This document shows positions 26,017-36,377 of a DNA stretch of 64,000 nt, piece by piece. Where the stretch lies: the IMG/VR virus record IMGVR_UViG_3300028048_000063, positions 1 through 64,000 of that record; one strand, given 5' to 3'. This stretch comes from a virus. Lineage: Duplodnaviria; Caudoviricetes. A model generated the notes under the pieces. The model made no database searches and was not told where the DNA came from. It saw nothing but the letters and a program-made list of their open reading frames with translations. Position 1 is the first letter of the stretch. Each line of letters begins with the position of its first letter. Position numbers and translations under genes: made by a program.

Positions 26017-28419
26017 TTAATGTTCTTTTTTATATAACTCATATAAAGCATCCTTGATCCAAGTTTGCTTTACTTTAATATTGCTTACTCTTGTAGCTTG
26101 ATTTATAGCTGTCGGTTGACCTATCAATGCGCAGTACTCACGAGCTCTCGTAATTGCTGTGTATAACCATTCTCTCATAAGTAGTGGGAATGCACTATTA
26201 TCTAAAGCAACAATAACATAACGTGCCTGAGATCCTTGAAGTTTATGACAGGTACAAGCATATGCTAGCGAGATATCACCCCACTCGTCTCTTGGAATTA
26301 AGATCTGGTCATTGTCGTTTAACTCAATAATCATGTTTTCGTAATCAATATCTACAATATGTCCCATATTACCATTAAAGATTGCGACTTCTTTTCCGTA
26401 AATATTTCTGGCATGATAATTGTTCTTTGTGACCATAATTCTGTCGCCAGGTTTATATGTAACTTCAAATCTTTGTCCGCCATCGCTTATCTCGATCGTT
26501 ACACCTTTCTTTTGTTCTGCATTTACAATAGCTTGAACTTCTACATTAAAATATCTACAGCTATTCATACCTTTAGAACGAACAGGAACAACAATCTGGA
26601 TATCATCTGCTGGGATCTTTTTATTATAATATAAGTCTTTAAATTCTTCAAGAACTTTTCCATGAACTATTGCAGCTTCAGCAGAACTTGTTAGTTTAAA
26701 GTCTTGCAATTCACCACGTACCTCAGATCCTGCGAAATCACTCTTTACGATAGACTTACCTTCACAAATGTGAATAGATTGTGTAATAATACCACTTTTG
26801 AGTGCTTGTCTTTGTATGACGGTAAGTGTATTTGTAGGTATGTATCCAGATTTGATACAATCGCTGAGAATATTACCAACAGAGATAGGTGGCAATTGTT
26901 TAATATCTCCCAACATAATAAGTTTGCTACCCTTACGAATACTTGAAATTAAAGATAAGAACAATTCTTCCCCAACCATTGAAGTTTCGTCCAAAATAAT
27001 TACATCTTCTGTAAGAGGATTGCTTTCATTTCTGGCGAAACGTTCTTGATCAGGTAGATAATTTAATAATCTATGAATTGTCTTTCCTTCTAACCCCGTG
27101 TATTCTGTTAACAAACTAGAAGCTCTTCCTGAGAGTGCGCATTGAGCGACTTCATAACCGTAATGTTCAAAAATACGAATTAAAGGTTTTAATGTACTAC
27201 TCTTACCTGTACCAGATTGTCCTGTAAGGATTGCTACGTTATTATTTAGAATACTCCAAATTGCTTTCTTTTGTTCAAAGGTATATTCAAATCCTTGTTC
27301 TTTTTCGGTTTCAGCAATAATCTGATCGCAGACTACCTTGTCAAAACTGAAAATACTTGGAGCTTTTTTGAGTCTCTTTAATTGATCAACAATTTTTTGC
27401 TCTACAACTCTCAAGCTAAATAATCCGATATAACCATTATCTTTTTCATAATAGAAGTTAGGAAGTTTAAGATCTTTTTCACCGAACTTAATCTTCTTAT
27501 ATAGCTCTTCAAAGCCCTCTGGGCCCACTGTGCGCTCTTTTATGAGGTTAAGAAGGTTCTCCTTCGAAATAGGTGCACATACGTTTAAAACGTCTTCTAC
27601 GAAGCCACGGATCTGTACACGAGAGTTTCCTTCTTCGTTAGCCATCTTATCAAGTCTGTATAAACAGTATGCCATACATCTTTCTGGACAGTCTGTGGTA
27701 AACCCTTGAGCTAGGGCTATTCTATCTGCTCTTTCCCAACCATAGCCTTTGGCTAATTGAATTAATGAATAAGGATTTGTTTTAATGATATCTACCACAA
27801 CATCTGGAGATCCAAATTGTGCTATCAGTTTATCAATAGCATTTTTTGTAAGACCATATTCTTTTAATTCGATATAAGCTCTACTACTATTGACGTTTTC
27901 TGAATATTTGGCACACATACGGTTTGCCGTTACAGGGCCAATACCTTTAATCTTTGTTAAAGCCCCAATGTTCCTTTGGAATAATAAATCTACAGGATTA
28001 TCATATTCAGAGAATAGTAATTCAACTTGTCTATCTGTCATGAAGAAACTGAAGAACTTTTTTTGGTCTTCTGGATTGTCCATGTTGTAGGCTAGGTGCA
28101 TATCTAAACATTCATATTGAGGACCCCACTCAGGATCAAACACTAATTTTCCTGTGAAGATATACTCCATATCATATTCAACTTTAGGGAGATTTCCTGT
28201 GACAACAATGCTTCCATCATAAGCAGAAAAACACTCAACCGTGAGTTGTCCTTCTAAAACCTCTTCTACGTTTAGTAATACGATCGCATATTCTCCTGAG
28301 TTGTGAGGTTTATTTTTTGGATAACGATAATTATGCAAAGTTACCTTTGCAGTTACTAATTGGTTGAGTAATTGTTTTGTTTCACTCATTAATGGTTTTG
28401 CTAATCTTTTTTTTGTCAC
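26017..28419 (-). CDS. recD2: RecD2-like SF1B helicase
   Basis: HhH IKGIGPVTA, GQSGTGKS, TIHRLL, DETSMV, GDIKQLPPI, AYACTCHKLQGSQ, LYTAITRA; GTG start at 28419 after AAGGAG. Confidence 0.9.
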   Translation of the reverse strand: MTKKRLAKPLMSETKQLLNQLVTAKVTLHNYRYPKNKPHNSGEYAIVLLNVEEVLEGQLTVECFSAYDGSIVVTGNLPKVEYDMEYIFTGKLVFDPEWGPQYECLDMHLAYNMDNPEDQKKFFSFFMTDRQVELLFSEYDNPVDLLFQRNIGALTKIKGIGPVTANRMCAKYSENVNSSRAYIELKEYGLTKNAIDKLIAQFGSPDVVVDIIKTNPYSLIQLAKGYGWERADRIALAQGFTTDCPERCMAYCLYRLDKMANEEGNSRVQIRGFVEDVLNVCAPISKENLLNLIKERTVGPEGFEELYKKIKFGEKDLKLPNFYYEKDNGYIGLFSLRVVEQKIVDQLKRLKKAPSIFSFDKVVCDQIIAETEKEQGFEYTFEQKKAIWSILNNNVAILTGQSGTGKSSTLKPLIRIFEHYGYEVAQCALSGRASSLLTEYTGLEGKTIHRLLNYLPDQERFARNESNPLTEDVIILDETSMVGEELFLSLISSIRKGSKLIMLGDIKQLPPISVGNILSDCIKSGYIPTNTLTVIQRQALKSGIITQSIHICEGKSIVKSDFAGSEVRGELQDFKLTSSAEAAIVHGKVLEEFKDLYYNKKIPADDIQIVVPVRSKGMNSCRYFNVEVQAIVNAEQKKGVTIEISDGGQRFEVTYKPGDRIMVTKNNYHARNIYGKEVAIFNGNMGHIVDIDYENMIIELNDNDQILIPRDEWGDISLAYACTCHKLQGSQARYVIVALDNSAFPLLMREWLYTAITRAREYCALIGQPTAINQATRVSNIKVKQTWIKDALYELYKKEH

Positions 28420-28471
28420 TTTTATCTCCTTATTATTATAGTAAAAAAAGAAGGATCTTTTTCCAATATAG

Positions 28472-28500
28472 ATTATACTGGATATGATCCCTCTTGTCAA
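28472..28500 (-). promoter_or_regulatory. phage promoter family member
   Basis: TTGACA-17 nt (ending ATCCAG)-TATAAT. Confidence 0.85.
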
Positions 28501-28511
28501 CTAAATATAGA

Positions 28512-30035
28512 TTATTTTGGCTTATTCCTTTTATATCTTATACTTAGACTGCCATCTGTTGAGACCCCTTCGATCTTTCCGACACCTTGTGTAAACGGAG
28601 TTTTAGTAGATCTAACATGGAACATATTATCTTTTCGTACGCCATAAACAATTAATTTGCTTCCTCGTTTAAACCATGACTCATCAAATACAGTTTTCTT
28701 TTTTGTTTCAGGATCTAATTTACTAAGCTTTGCATTGAAATCTACAAAAGTCTTAGCAAAGAATTTAGCATCTACGACACCATCTGGAGTTAGCAAGCTA
28801 ACTGTATGACGAATGTTGTTGTTCCCTATTACTGTGCCAACAATGTTGCAGTACTCTGTATTCTTAGGATCTTCTGGTAAATCAAAGAAATTACGGACAT
28901 CATACTTTTGTTTATTGACGTTCCCTAATTCATGACCGCTATGATAATAACACATAGTTTCCATCTCCCAAGTAGATGGTGTACCTAAACAATATTTATC
29001 AATGAGCTTTTGTTTGAAGTCATCTTGTAATAATTGTTGATATGCTAGTCTACCACTCTCTGAATTGAAGAAATCCATCAATGGTTTGATACTTTCATCA
29101 TAAACACGTGTAAAGCTAGCTTTTTTCATGAATACGGAGTTATCTGGAAGATCTCCATATTCGCTCTTTGATAAACTAAGTTTAGATTTGAAGAATGTAT
29201 TGAAAAATCTAATACAAGCTTCTTCAGTTAAGACATATCTATTCGAATTTTTATCGAATTGATTTTTATCTATATATTGTTTAAACTTAAACATTCTAAT
29301 TTGTTCATTGAACTGTGGAATGTCTATACTTAGTTGTAATGCTTTTTTGATCTGTACAGATGTTAACTTGTCTTTTAATTCGATCTCTTTATCTGCCAAG
29401 ATTTGTAAATAACGATTAATAATATACATACGAGTATTATTTGGGTAGAGGGAGTCGAAACATCCTGCCTTGATCAACCCAAGCATTTGGACTGGAGTAG
29501 GGTTAACTTTTTCGACAAAGTCCTCAACCTTTTGATATGGTCTGCCCTTAAAGATCCTGTCTAAAAGATCTGGGTTAACCACATTAACTGTTTGTAAACT
29601 ATATAATATGCTATTATTTTTAACGTCTGGAATAAAGTCAACTTGAGCAGTATTAATGTCTGGGAGTTCTACAATAATGCCTTTATGTTGAGCGTCAGAA
29701 ATAGCTTTTGCAACTTTTCTGTAATCAGGAGCAGATCTTTTAACTTTTACACCATCTGAAGATTCTTCAGACTCTTCTTCGTCTGTTTCTTCTTCTATGG
29801 TTTCTTGTTCCATTTCATCTTCTTCTGTAAGCTCCTCTAAGCCATCTGTGTAGTTCCCCGCATTAATACACAAACATGCGCATTGCCAATAAAGTTGATT
29901 CCAACGAGTTGCTAGATTCATTTCTTGTAATGCGATAAGGCTATAAGGTAATGTATGATTCAATGAGAAAGAATACCCCAATTGAGGTTCTATACAACGT
30001 TTCCATACATAATCTAAAAATTCTTTCCTTGCCAT
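28512..30035 (-). CDS. dnaE: DNA polymerase III alpha subunit, C-terminal half of a split gene
   Basis: LGYSFSLNHTLPYSLIA (= GYGFNKSH motif), ELPDIN, LIKAGCFDSL, WEMETMCYYHSGHEL, OB fold; own RBS and promoter. Confidence 0.88.
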   Translation of the reverse strand: MARKEFLDYVWKRCIEPQLGYSFSLNHTLPYSLIALQEMNLATRWNQLYWQCACLCINAGNYTDGLEELTEEDEMEQETIEEETDEEESEESSDGVKVKRSAPDYRKVAKAISDAQHKGIIVELPDINTAQVDFIPDVKNNSILYSLQTVNVVNPDLLDRIFKGRPYQKVEDFVEKVNPTPVQMLGLIKAGCFDSLYPNNTRMYIINRYLQILADKEIELKDKLTSVQIKKALQLSIDIPQFNEQIRMFKFKQYIDKNQFDKNSNRYVLTEEACIRFFNTFFKSKLSLSKSEYGDLPDNSVFMKKASFTRVYDESIKPLMDFFNSESGRLAYQQLLQDDFKQKLIDKYCLGTPSTWEMETMCYYHSGHELGNVNKQKYDVRNFFDLPEDPKNTEYCNIVGTVIGNNNIRHTVSLLTPDGVVDAKFFAKTFVDFNAKLSKLDPETKKKTVFDESWFKRGSKLIVYGVRKDNMFHVRSTKTPFTQGVGKIEGVSTDGSLSIRYKRNKPK

Positions 30036-30078
30036 GTTTTCTCCTTTAGGGGCGTGATATTTCACACGCCCTCTATAT

Positions 30079-30107
30079 ATAATACTGGATTATTAAATAA
30101 AAGTCAA
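30079..30107 (-). promoter_or_regulatory. phage promoter family member driving the DnaE C-terminal half
   Basis: TTGACT-17 nt (ending ATCCAG)-TATTAT. Confidence 0.8.
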
Positions 30108-30115
30108 GTTTTATT

Positions 30116-33100
30116 TTATGATAGAGATGATAATGTTACCTGAGTAAATCCGGTTACAGATGCATATGTAGTGTAAGATGACCATCCGCTATCATTTTGA
30201 TAAGTAGATAATAATGTAGATGGCACCGATACAGCAACTCCAGTAGTAGTGGAATTAACAAAAATATTTGAACGGAATTGGATAGAAGCACGACGAGATG
30301 TTTGCCTTAAGCTTAACGAACGGAGATTAGTTGATTCAAATAAACCTGATCCTAATGCGGCGGTATTTGATGCTCCAGGTTCCACTAATGTACTATAAAT
30401 TGTGACACTTTGTAAATATGAACATCCTTTAAAAGCATACACACCAAGTGAAGTAGATATATTAGTATTACCAATAGATATTGTTTGAAAAAGGATGTTA
30501 TTACAATTCTGGAATGCGTGTTCTCCAATAGAAGTAACGTTGGATATATTAAAACTACTTATTGTTGAACAACCGTAAAACCCGTAAGCTGGCACTGTTG
30601 TTCCAGTTATAGTAACAGTATGTAAATCATCAGGCAAGCATGCCGAATAAGAATTTCCATCTGATCCTTGTTGCGTAATTATAGTACCCCCTGTATATTG
30701 AGTCGAGCCAAAGATGTAACCAAATAATTGTTCACTTGCGGTAGATGTTGTAGCAGATTTTCCAACAAACGGTAATGTTATGGAATAAATTTCTGGACAA
30801 TTATTAAAAGCCTCACTACCAATGCTAGTAACTGTGCTTGGAATAGCAACTGCAAAATCATCATTCATTGCATGTAAACTTGTACAGTTTTTAAATGCGC
30901 TATCTCCAATGCTTTGGATTGAAGGTAAAATGAGTGAATCCACTCTATTACAACCATAGAAAGCATTGTTTCCTACAGTTGTAATAGTGTTTGGTAATGT
31001 ACAAGATCTAACTCCTGAGCAATTATAAAAAGCACAATCTCCTACTGCTGGTACAGATCCCTTAACCTTAATAGTATTTAATATAGAACATCCATAAAAA
31101 GCCCCATACATAAGTTTACCGCCAGATACGGTAACGCTACGCAAATTGTTTGGAATATAATACCCCCTCGATCCTGTTGACGAATAATATTGATATGTTA
31201 AGGTTCCGCCTTGGTATTCATCTGTACCAAAAAGATAACCGAACAAAGTGTTTTCGCTTGCTTGTGTCGGATTTACCGAATTACCAACATAAGGTATTGT
31301 GAGTGTTCTAAGACCACTACATCCATTTAAAACGGATCCTAATATTGTTGTAACAGACGTTGGTATTGTTAAAGATGTGAAATGAGTACAATTTTTAAAC
31401 GCTCTTGTACCAATCTGTATAACCGAATTTGGAATATTAATATTGTTGAGGTTAGAGCAGTTAGCGAACATTTCTTCGCCAATATTCGTTAAATTATTTG
31501 ACAATATAGCAGTTGTTAAATTACTGCATCCTCTAAACACACCTGTTCCAACGGTTGTTATACTATTTGGTAACGTAATGGAAGTTAATCCAGCACAATT
31601 TTCAAATATACCATAAGGTAATGATACGACAGAGTTATTTAATGTCACGTTGGTTAAACCAGACGCAGTAAAACACATATCTCCAAAACTTGTTATATTT
31701 GATAATATAGATAAAGAGGTTAATGCTGCAGTTTGATAGAATGCTTGTTGACCAAAAATAGTAATGGTTGATGGTAAAACTATATTTGTTAAACCAGTGC
31801 AGTATGCAAAAGCAGCGTTGCTAACAGTAGTGGCGTCTCCGTTTATTGTAATATGTGTCACATGTGAACACCCTTGGAAGGCGTGTGAAGTTATATCTCC
31901 TCCAAGAACCGTAATATTTGTTAAACTCAGAGGTAAATAATAATTAAATCCGGATAATGTTACTTTATAACTTTCAGAATATTGTCGCCCCCCAAAGATA
32001 TGCATAAAATAACGACCACTACTAGTTTGGTCTGCTCCAATAAATGGTATTGTAATGTTTGTTAAACCATAACAACCGCTTACACAAGAACCCCAAATAT
32101 ACGTTAAAGTAGATGATGACAATATTAAGTTTTGAATATGAATACAATCATAGAACGCCCCATAATATATTTTTAAAGCACGTGTAATCTCAATTTGTGT
32201 TAAACTATCAGGAATATAGTATGTTTCAGAATACACAGAAGTAGAAGAACCACCATCGTAATAAACTTGTGTTACAGGACTACTACCAGTGTAATTATTA
32301 GTACCAAAAATATACCCAAACAAAGTAGATCTACTTGCGCTTTGTTCGTTTTTGTTTCCACCAACAAATGGTAATAATAACGTCGTAAGTTTGCCACACC
32401 CATAGAAAATTCCTTCAGCTAGTGTAGTAAATGTGCCATCAAGTTTGACCGATGTAATTTCACTACAGTTATAAAACACATCAGAACCTACATTTGTTAA
32501 GTTTGGTAAGTTAAATGCTGCAACCATTTTACTACAATTGTAAAACACCTTATTAGGTAATTGTGTGATATTATTATTTAAATGTGTCGTAGTATTACCT
32601 ATTTCCATACCCACTATTTCACTACATCCTTCAAAAGCGCTTTCGCCAATGCTTGTTATATTTGGTAAATTAAAACTTGATGCTAATAAACCACAATTTT
32701 TAAATATTCTTGGATTAATAGTTGTAATTGTAGAACTGATTGTCGCTGAAGGTATTTTAGCACATCCGTCAAAGGCGCCTTCTCCAATACTTGTCATATT
32801 CAAATTAAATGAAGAAGTTAAATTCGAACATCCGTAGAAAGCTTCTGCAGGAATTACAGAAATTTTTTGACTATTTAATGTTACTGTAATTAAACTCGAA
32901 CAATTATAAAATACTCGTGCCCCTAATGTTGTTACATTTGACAAAGTAAATTGTGAGGTAAGTAATGGACATTCAGCAAAAGCTTGTTCCTCGATATTTT
33001 CCAAATTATAGTTCGATATATCGATAGAAGTTAAATTTGAACAATGATAAAAAGTTTTTTTCCTAATTACAGTATGTACTCCGGCTATGGTTATTTCTTG

Positions 33101-36100
33101 GATATTTTGACAATTAGAGAAAGCTCCATACAACATTATTGAATTTGCTCCTGCTATATTTACGTATTTTAATGATGTTGGTATGTAATAATCTGCGGTT
33201 TGACTGTCTGACCATGCTTGTGTCGTAGGAGATAATGCACCTATATAACTAGTAGATCCAAAAATAACGCCAAACAAAGTATTGGCAGAAGCAGTAGAAG
33301 AACTTCTTTGAGTACCGACAAATGGTAACAATAATGTTTCAAGCTTACCACACCCATAAAAAGCGCCAGCTTCTAATGTCATAAATGTACCATCAAGTTT
33401 TAGTGATGTAATTTCACTGCAATTATTAAATACACCAGAACCAACAGTTGTTAAGTTATCTAAATAAAAATCAGATTCTAGTTTTTGGCAATTATAGAAA
33501 ACCTGATCTGGCAATGTTGTAATTAGTGTGTTCTTGTTTACACCATTGTGATCAGTATTAATATTGATAACTTCAATTTTTTCACAATTATAGAAAGCAC
33601 GTGCTCCAATATTAGCTAGATTAGGAAGTACAAAATCAGATTCTAATTTTACACAATTATAAAATACATTTTCTGGTAGTTTAGTAATATATGTATTGCT
33701 AATGCCATTTCCATGTGTGTCGATATTTGATATTAATTCACAATTGTAAAAAGCGCTTGCTCCTATTTTTGCTAACTTTGGTAACATAAAATTAGACGTA
33801 AGTTTAATACAATTATTAAAAGCGCCTGTACCTATACTTGTAAGATCATTTGAATTAGTAATTGATATAGTTGTTAATTTTTTACAGTTATCAAAAGCTC
33901 CTGATCCCACCCTTGTTAGGCTACTGTCAAAAACTACTTCAGTAAGATTTGTATATTTTAAGAATGATCCATCTGGTATAATACTATCATTTTTAATTGT
34001 AATTTTACGTATATCTGATGGAATATAATAATTAGATGAATATATCTCACCATTATCAGCATAGAATTTTAATGTTGATACGATATTATGATCAGTATCA
34101 ACAAGATTTTTACCAAATATATTACTAAATGGCACTGCGTATTCTTTTTTAGATATTCCTTCGGATATATTTTTATCGCTACTGCATGATGTTGTTATTG
34201 TTTGTAAGGCAGTATAATTACTTAAAGCACTTTGACAAATAAATTTTGTATATTCATTGATATCAACGCTATTAATATCTTTACGTTCTGGGTTTGTTGA
34301 TACCAAAATCATATATGGACTATTTCTACTACCGATATATCGCAATCCCTGGCCGTCTTCCGTTAATTGTAATTTATCACATTTTTCAAATGCTGAAGTA
34401 CCTACACTTTTTAATCTATTAGTTGTATCTGATAATGAAATTTTAATTAATTCTTTTTGATTGTAAAATGCGTATGGCTTGATTCTTGTAACTTCAGGTA
34501 TCTCTATATCTGTCTCTGTGCCTTCATAAGCGACAACAGATGATGTGTCATAATCTATCCCGCCATTACCATCTGATTGACCGTATATAATAAAATCTGA
34601 GTCTGTCTTTTTTAATACACCTTTATCCTTGTCTTGTGAGTCTAAGACAACCTCTGCTGCGTAATATCCAAGATATCCTAAAGTAGGACTTCCTAATAAC
34701 AAAGCAGCACTATCATCCACAGATTCTGCACCAAGATTTGGAGCATATACCTCAACAATATTAAAGCAACAAGCAAAACTATCTTCTTTAACAACTGTGT
34801 CTTTGTCGAAATATACTTCAATTTTTCTTAAGTTATTGCAATCATAAAAAGCTTGTTCTCCAATATACTTTACAGTAGCTGGGATCATAACCTTATTATT
34901 ATTAAAATCATCTGCATCGATATCTTCTACGATACCGAGGCTTCTACATTGCAAGAATGCTCGATCACCGATATATGCTAATTGACTGTTGGATGGATCA
35001 ATAACTATTCTTTTTAATTTTATACAGTTATTAAAAGCACCAGTGTCTATTTTTGTAACAGTGTTTGGGATAGTCGTAGTTTCCAATTCGTCGCAACTAG
35101 AACATATGTTTGCAGGAATTTCTGTTATACCACTACCGAAAGTAATTGACTTTAGACTCTTGCAATCCTCAAAGCATCTAGGCCCGATATATTTTACAGA
35201 ATCAGGAATAACTATATTAATAAGCTCTGCGCTATTTTTAAATGCTTCACTACCGATATATACAACAGTGTTTGGTATAGTAATTTCTGTTAAATTACAA
35301 TCATAAAAAGCATTATTTAAAATAAATTTTGTAGTATTAGCCAACTCACCATTGTAATTACCTAATATTGTTTTGTTTGTGTCTAGATATCCTTCGTGTT
35401 TAGTTTGTATATCTACAGCTACGGCTTGATAATTACCTGTCATTAATGTATTGACCGCTTCATCAACACCTATTAAAATTTTATTAGTAGCACCAAGATA
35501 TTTACCCATGCCATCTCTACTGATATTTAAATTACTACAACCAGAGAAAGCATCACGACCCACATAATTAATGTCAGCATTATTATTGATATTTACTGTC
35601 GTTATACTTAAATCGTTAATAAAAGCATAATCAGAAATATCACTGTTAATTAAAACAGTTGTAAATGGAGTATCTGATGTATTACATAAATTCTTACTAT
35701 AATATACAGGATTAGAATATTTTGATTCAAATTTAATCTGACCCCAATTTAGAATATTTGGCGTCCTTACCATTCCACCTTGTGTAAAACTACAATTTAA
35801 GAAAGCCCCGTTTTTAACCTCTTTAACGTTAGCTTTTAATGTAAGTTTTTGGAATCGGTAACATACAAACGTAAACGATTGAATGACTTGAGCATTAATC
35901 TGGATATCGGATCCAAAGTTTATAATCTGACAAGTACCCTGTTTAACGCTTAATGGGTTTGCATAATAGTTTTCAAATTCAATACTAGCCCATTCATCTA
36001 CTGTACCTAAATATTGTAAATTGGTAGTGATTTTACAGTGCTTAAAAACATCTTTTTGTATTTTTTTTAATTTTTTATTTAATGTTAAACTAAATAAAGT

Positions 36101-36298
36101 TGTATAACTTTGTCCTGTTGGTGGATCAAAAGCTCCGGAAGCGATGATTTCTGTGTTACTATTAATAGTAACCGATGTATGCTGTGGATCTAAGTTTTCA
36201 TACTTTTTAAGTATCAAATATAAATTATCAGATGTACCAAGATATGTATATTTTGCGTAACTTTCTTCAACCTCAGTTTCAATTAAAAGTTGATCCAT
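30116..36298 (-). CDS. BspA/TpLRR-type leucine-rich-repeat protein, 2060 aa
   Basis: Dozens of LxxIxIPxxVxxIGxxAFxxCxx repeats punctuated by LPFVG...LFGYIFG...YYIP modules; no obvious signal peptide. Confidence 0.92.
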   Translation of the reverse strand: MDQLLIETEVEESYAKYTYLGTSDNLYLILKKYENLDPQHTSVTINSNTEIIASGAFDPPTGQSYTTLFSLTLNKKLKKIQKDVFKHCKITTNLQYLGTVDEWASIEFENYYANPLSVKQGTCQIINFGSDIQINAQVIQSFTFVCYRFQKLTLKANVKEVKNGAFLNCSFTQGGMVRTPNILNWGQIKFESKYSNPVYYSKNLCNTSDTPFTTVLINSDISDYAFINDLSITTVNINNNADINYVGRDAFSGCSNLNISRDGMGKYLGATNKILIGVDEAVNTLMTGNYQAVAVDIQTKHEGYLDTNKTILGNYNGELANTTKFILNNAFYDCNLTEITIPNTVVYIGSEAFKNSAELINIVIPDSVKYIGPRCFEDCKSLKSITFGSGITEIPANICSSCDELETTTIPNTVTKIDTGAFNNCIKLKRIVIDPSNSQLAYIGDRAFLQCRSLGIVEDIDADDFNNNKVMIPATVKYIGEQAFYDCNNLRKIEVYFDKDTVVKEDSFACCFNIVEVYAPNLGAESVDDSAALLLGSPTLGYLGYYAAEVVLDSQDKDKGVLKKTDSDFIIYGQSDGNGGIDYDTSSVVAYEGTETDIEIPEVTRIKPYAFYNQKELIKISLSDTTNRLKSVGTSAFEKCDKLQLTEDGQGLRYIGSRNSPYMILVSTNPERKDINSVDINEYTKFICQSALSNYTALQTITTSCSSDKNISEGISKKEYAVPFSNIFGKNLVDTDHNIVSTLKFYADNGEIYSSNYYIPSDIRKITIKNDSIIPDGSFLKYTNLTEVVFDSSLTRVGSGAFDNCKKLTTISITNSNDLTSIGTGAFNNCIKLTSNFMLPKLAKIGASAFYNCELISNIDTHGNGISNTYITKLPENVFYNCVKLESDFVLPNLANIGARAFYNCEKIEVININTDHNGVNKNTLITTLPDQVFYNCQKLESDFYLDNLTTVGSGVFNNCSEITSLKLDGTFMTLEAGAFYGCGKLETLLLPFVGTQRSSSTASANTLFGVIFGSTSYIGALSPTTQAWSDSQTADYYIPTSLKYVNIAGANSIMLYGAFSNCQNIQEITIAGVHTVIRKKTFYHCSNLTSIDISNYNLENIEEQAFAECPLLTSQFTLSNVTTLGARVFYNCSSLITVTLNSQKISVIPAEAFYGCSNLTSSFNLNMTSIGEGAFDGCAKIPSATISSTITTINPRIFKNCGLLASSFNLPNITSIGESAFEGCSEIVGMEIGNTTTHLNNNITQLPNKVFYNCSKMVAAFNLPNLTNVGSDVFYNCSEITSVKLDGTFTTLAEGIFYGCGKLTTLLLPFVGGNKNEQSASRSTLFGYIFGTNNYTGSSPVTQVYYDGGSSTSVYSETYYIPDSLTQIEITRALKIYYGAFYDCIHIQNLILSSSTLTYIWGSCVSGCYGLTNITIPFIGADQTSSGRYFMHIFGGRQYSESYKVTLSGFNYYLPLSLTNITVLGGDITSHAFQGCSHVTHITINGDATTVSNAAFAYCTGLTNIVLPSTITIFGQQAFYQTAALTSLSILSNITSFGDMCFTASGLTNVTLNNSVVSLPYGIFENCAGLTSITLPNSITTVGTGVFRGCSNLTTAILSNNLTNIGEEMFANCSNLNNINIPNSVIQIGTRAFKNCTHFTSLTIPTSVTTILGSVLNGCSGLRTLTIPYVGNSVNPTQASENTLFGYLFGTDEYQGGTLTYQYYSSTGSRGYYIPNNLRSVTVSGGKLMYGAFYGCSILNTIKVKGSVPAVGDCAFYNCSGVRSCTLPNTITTVGNNAFYGCNRVDSLILPSIQSIGDSAFKNCTSLHAMNDDFAVAIPSTVTSIGSEAFNNCPEIYSITLPFVGKSATTSTASEQLFGYIFGSTQYTGGTIITQQGSDGNSYSACLPDDLHTVTITGTTVPAYGFYGCSTISSFNISNVTSIGEHAFQNCNNILFQTISIGNTNISTSLGVYAFKGCSYLQSVTIYSTLVEPGASNTAALGSGLFESTNLRSLSLRQTSRRASIQFRSNIFVNSTTTGVAVSVPSTLLSTYQNDSGWSSYTTYASVTGFTQVTLSSLS

Positions 36299-36337
36299 AT
36301 TTTTTCCTCCTATTTTTTTATTTTTTAATTTATATAT

Positions 36338-36365
36338 AAAAAACCATATTAGTTTTAATATGGTT
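36338..36365 (-). terminator. putative intrinsic terminator after the DnaE N-terminal half
   Basis: AACCATATTA/TAATATGGTT 10-bp stem then a T run on the minus strand. Confidence 0.6.
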
Positions 36366-36377
36366 GAATTTTTTTAT

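Noticed and set aside
30116-36298. Diversity-generating retroelement target
   Set aside because: No reverse transcriptase in the window, and the internal repeats differ at all base types rather than only at adenines.
30036-36377. Split intein, self-splicing intron or transposon explaining the DnaE interruption
   Set aside because: No intein N- or C-terminal blocks at the ends of the halves, no recognisable group I/II intron ends, and no transposase, terminal inverted repeats or target duplication seen.
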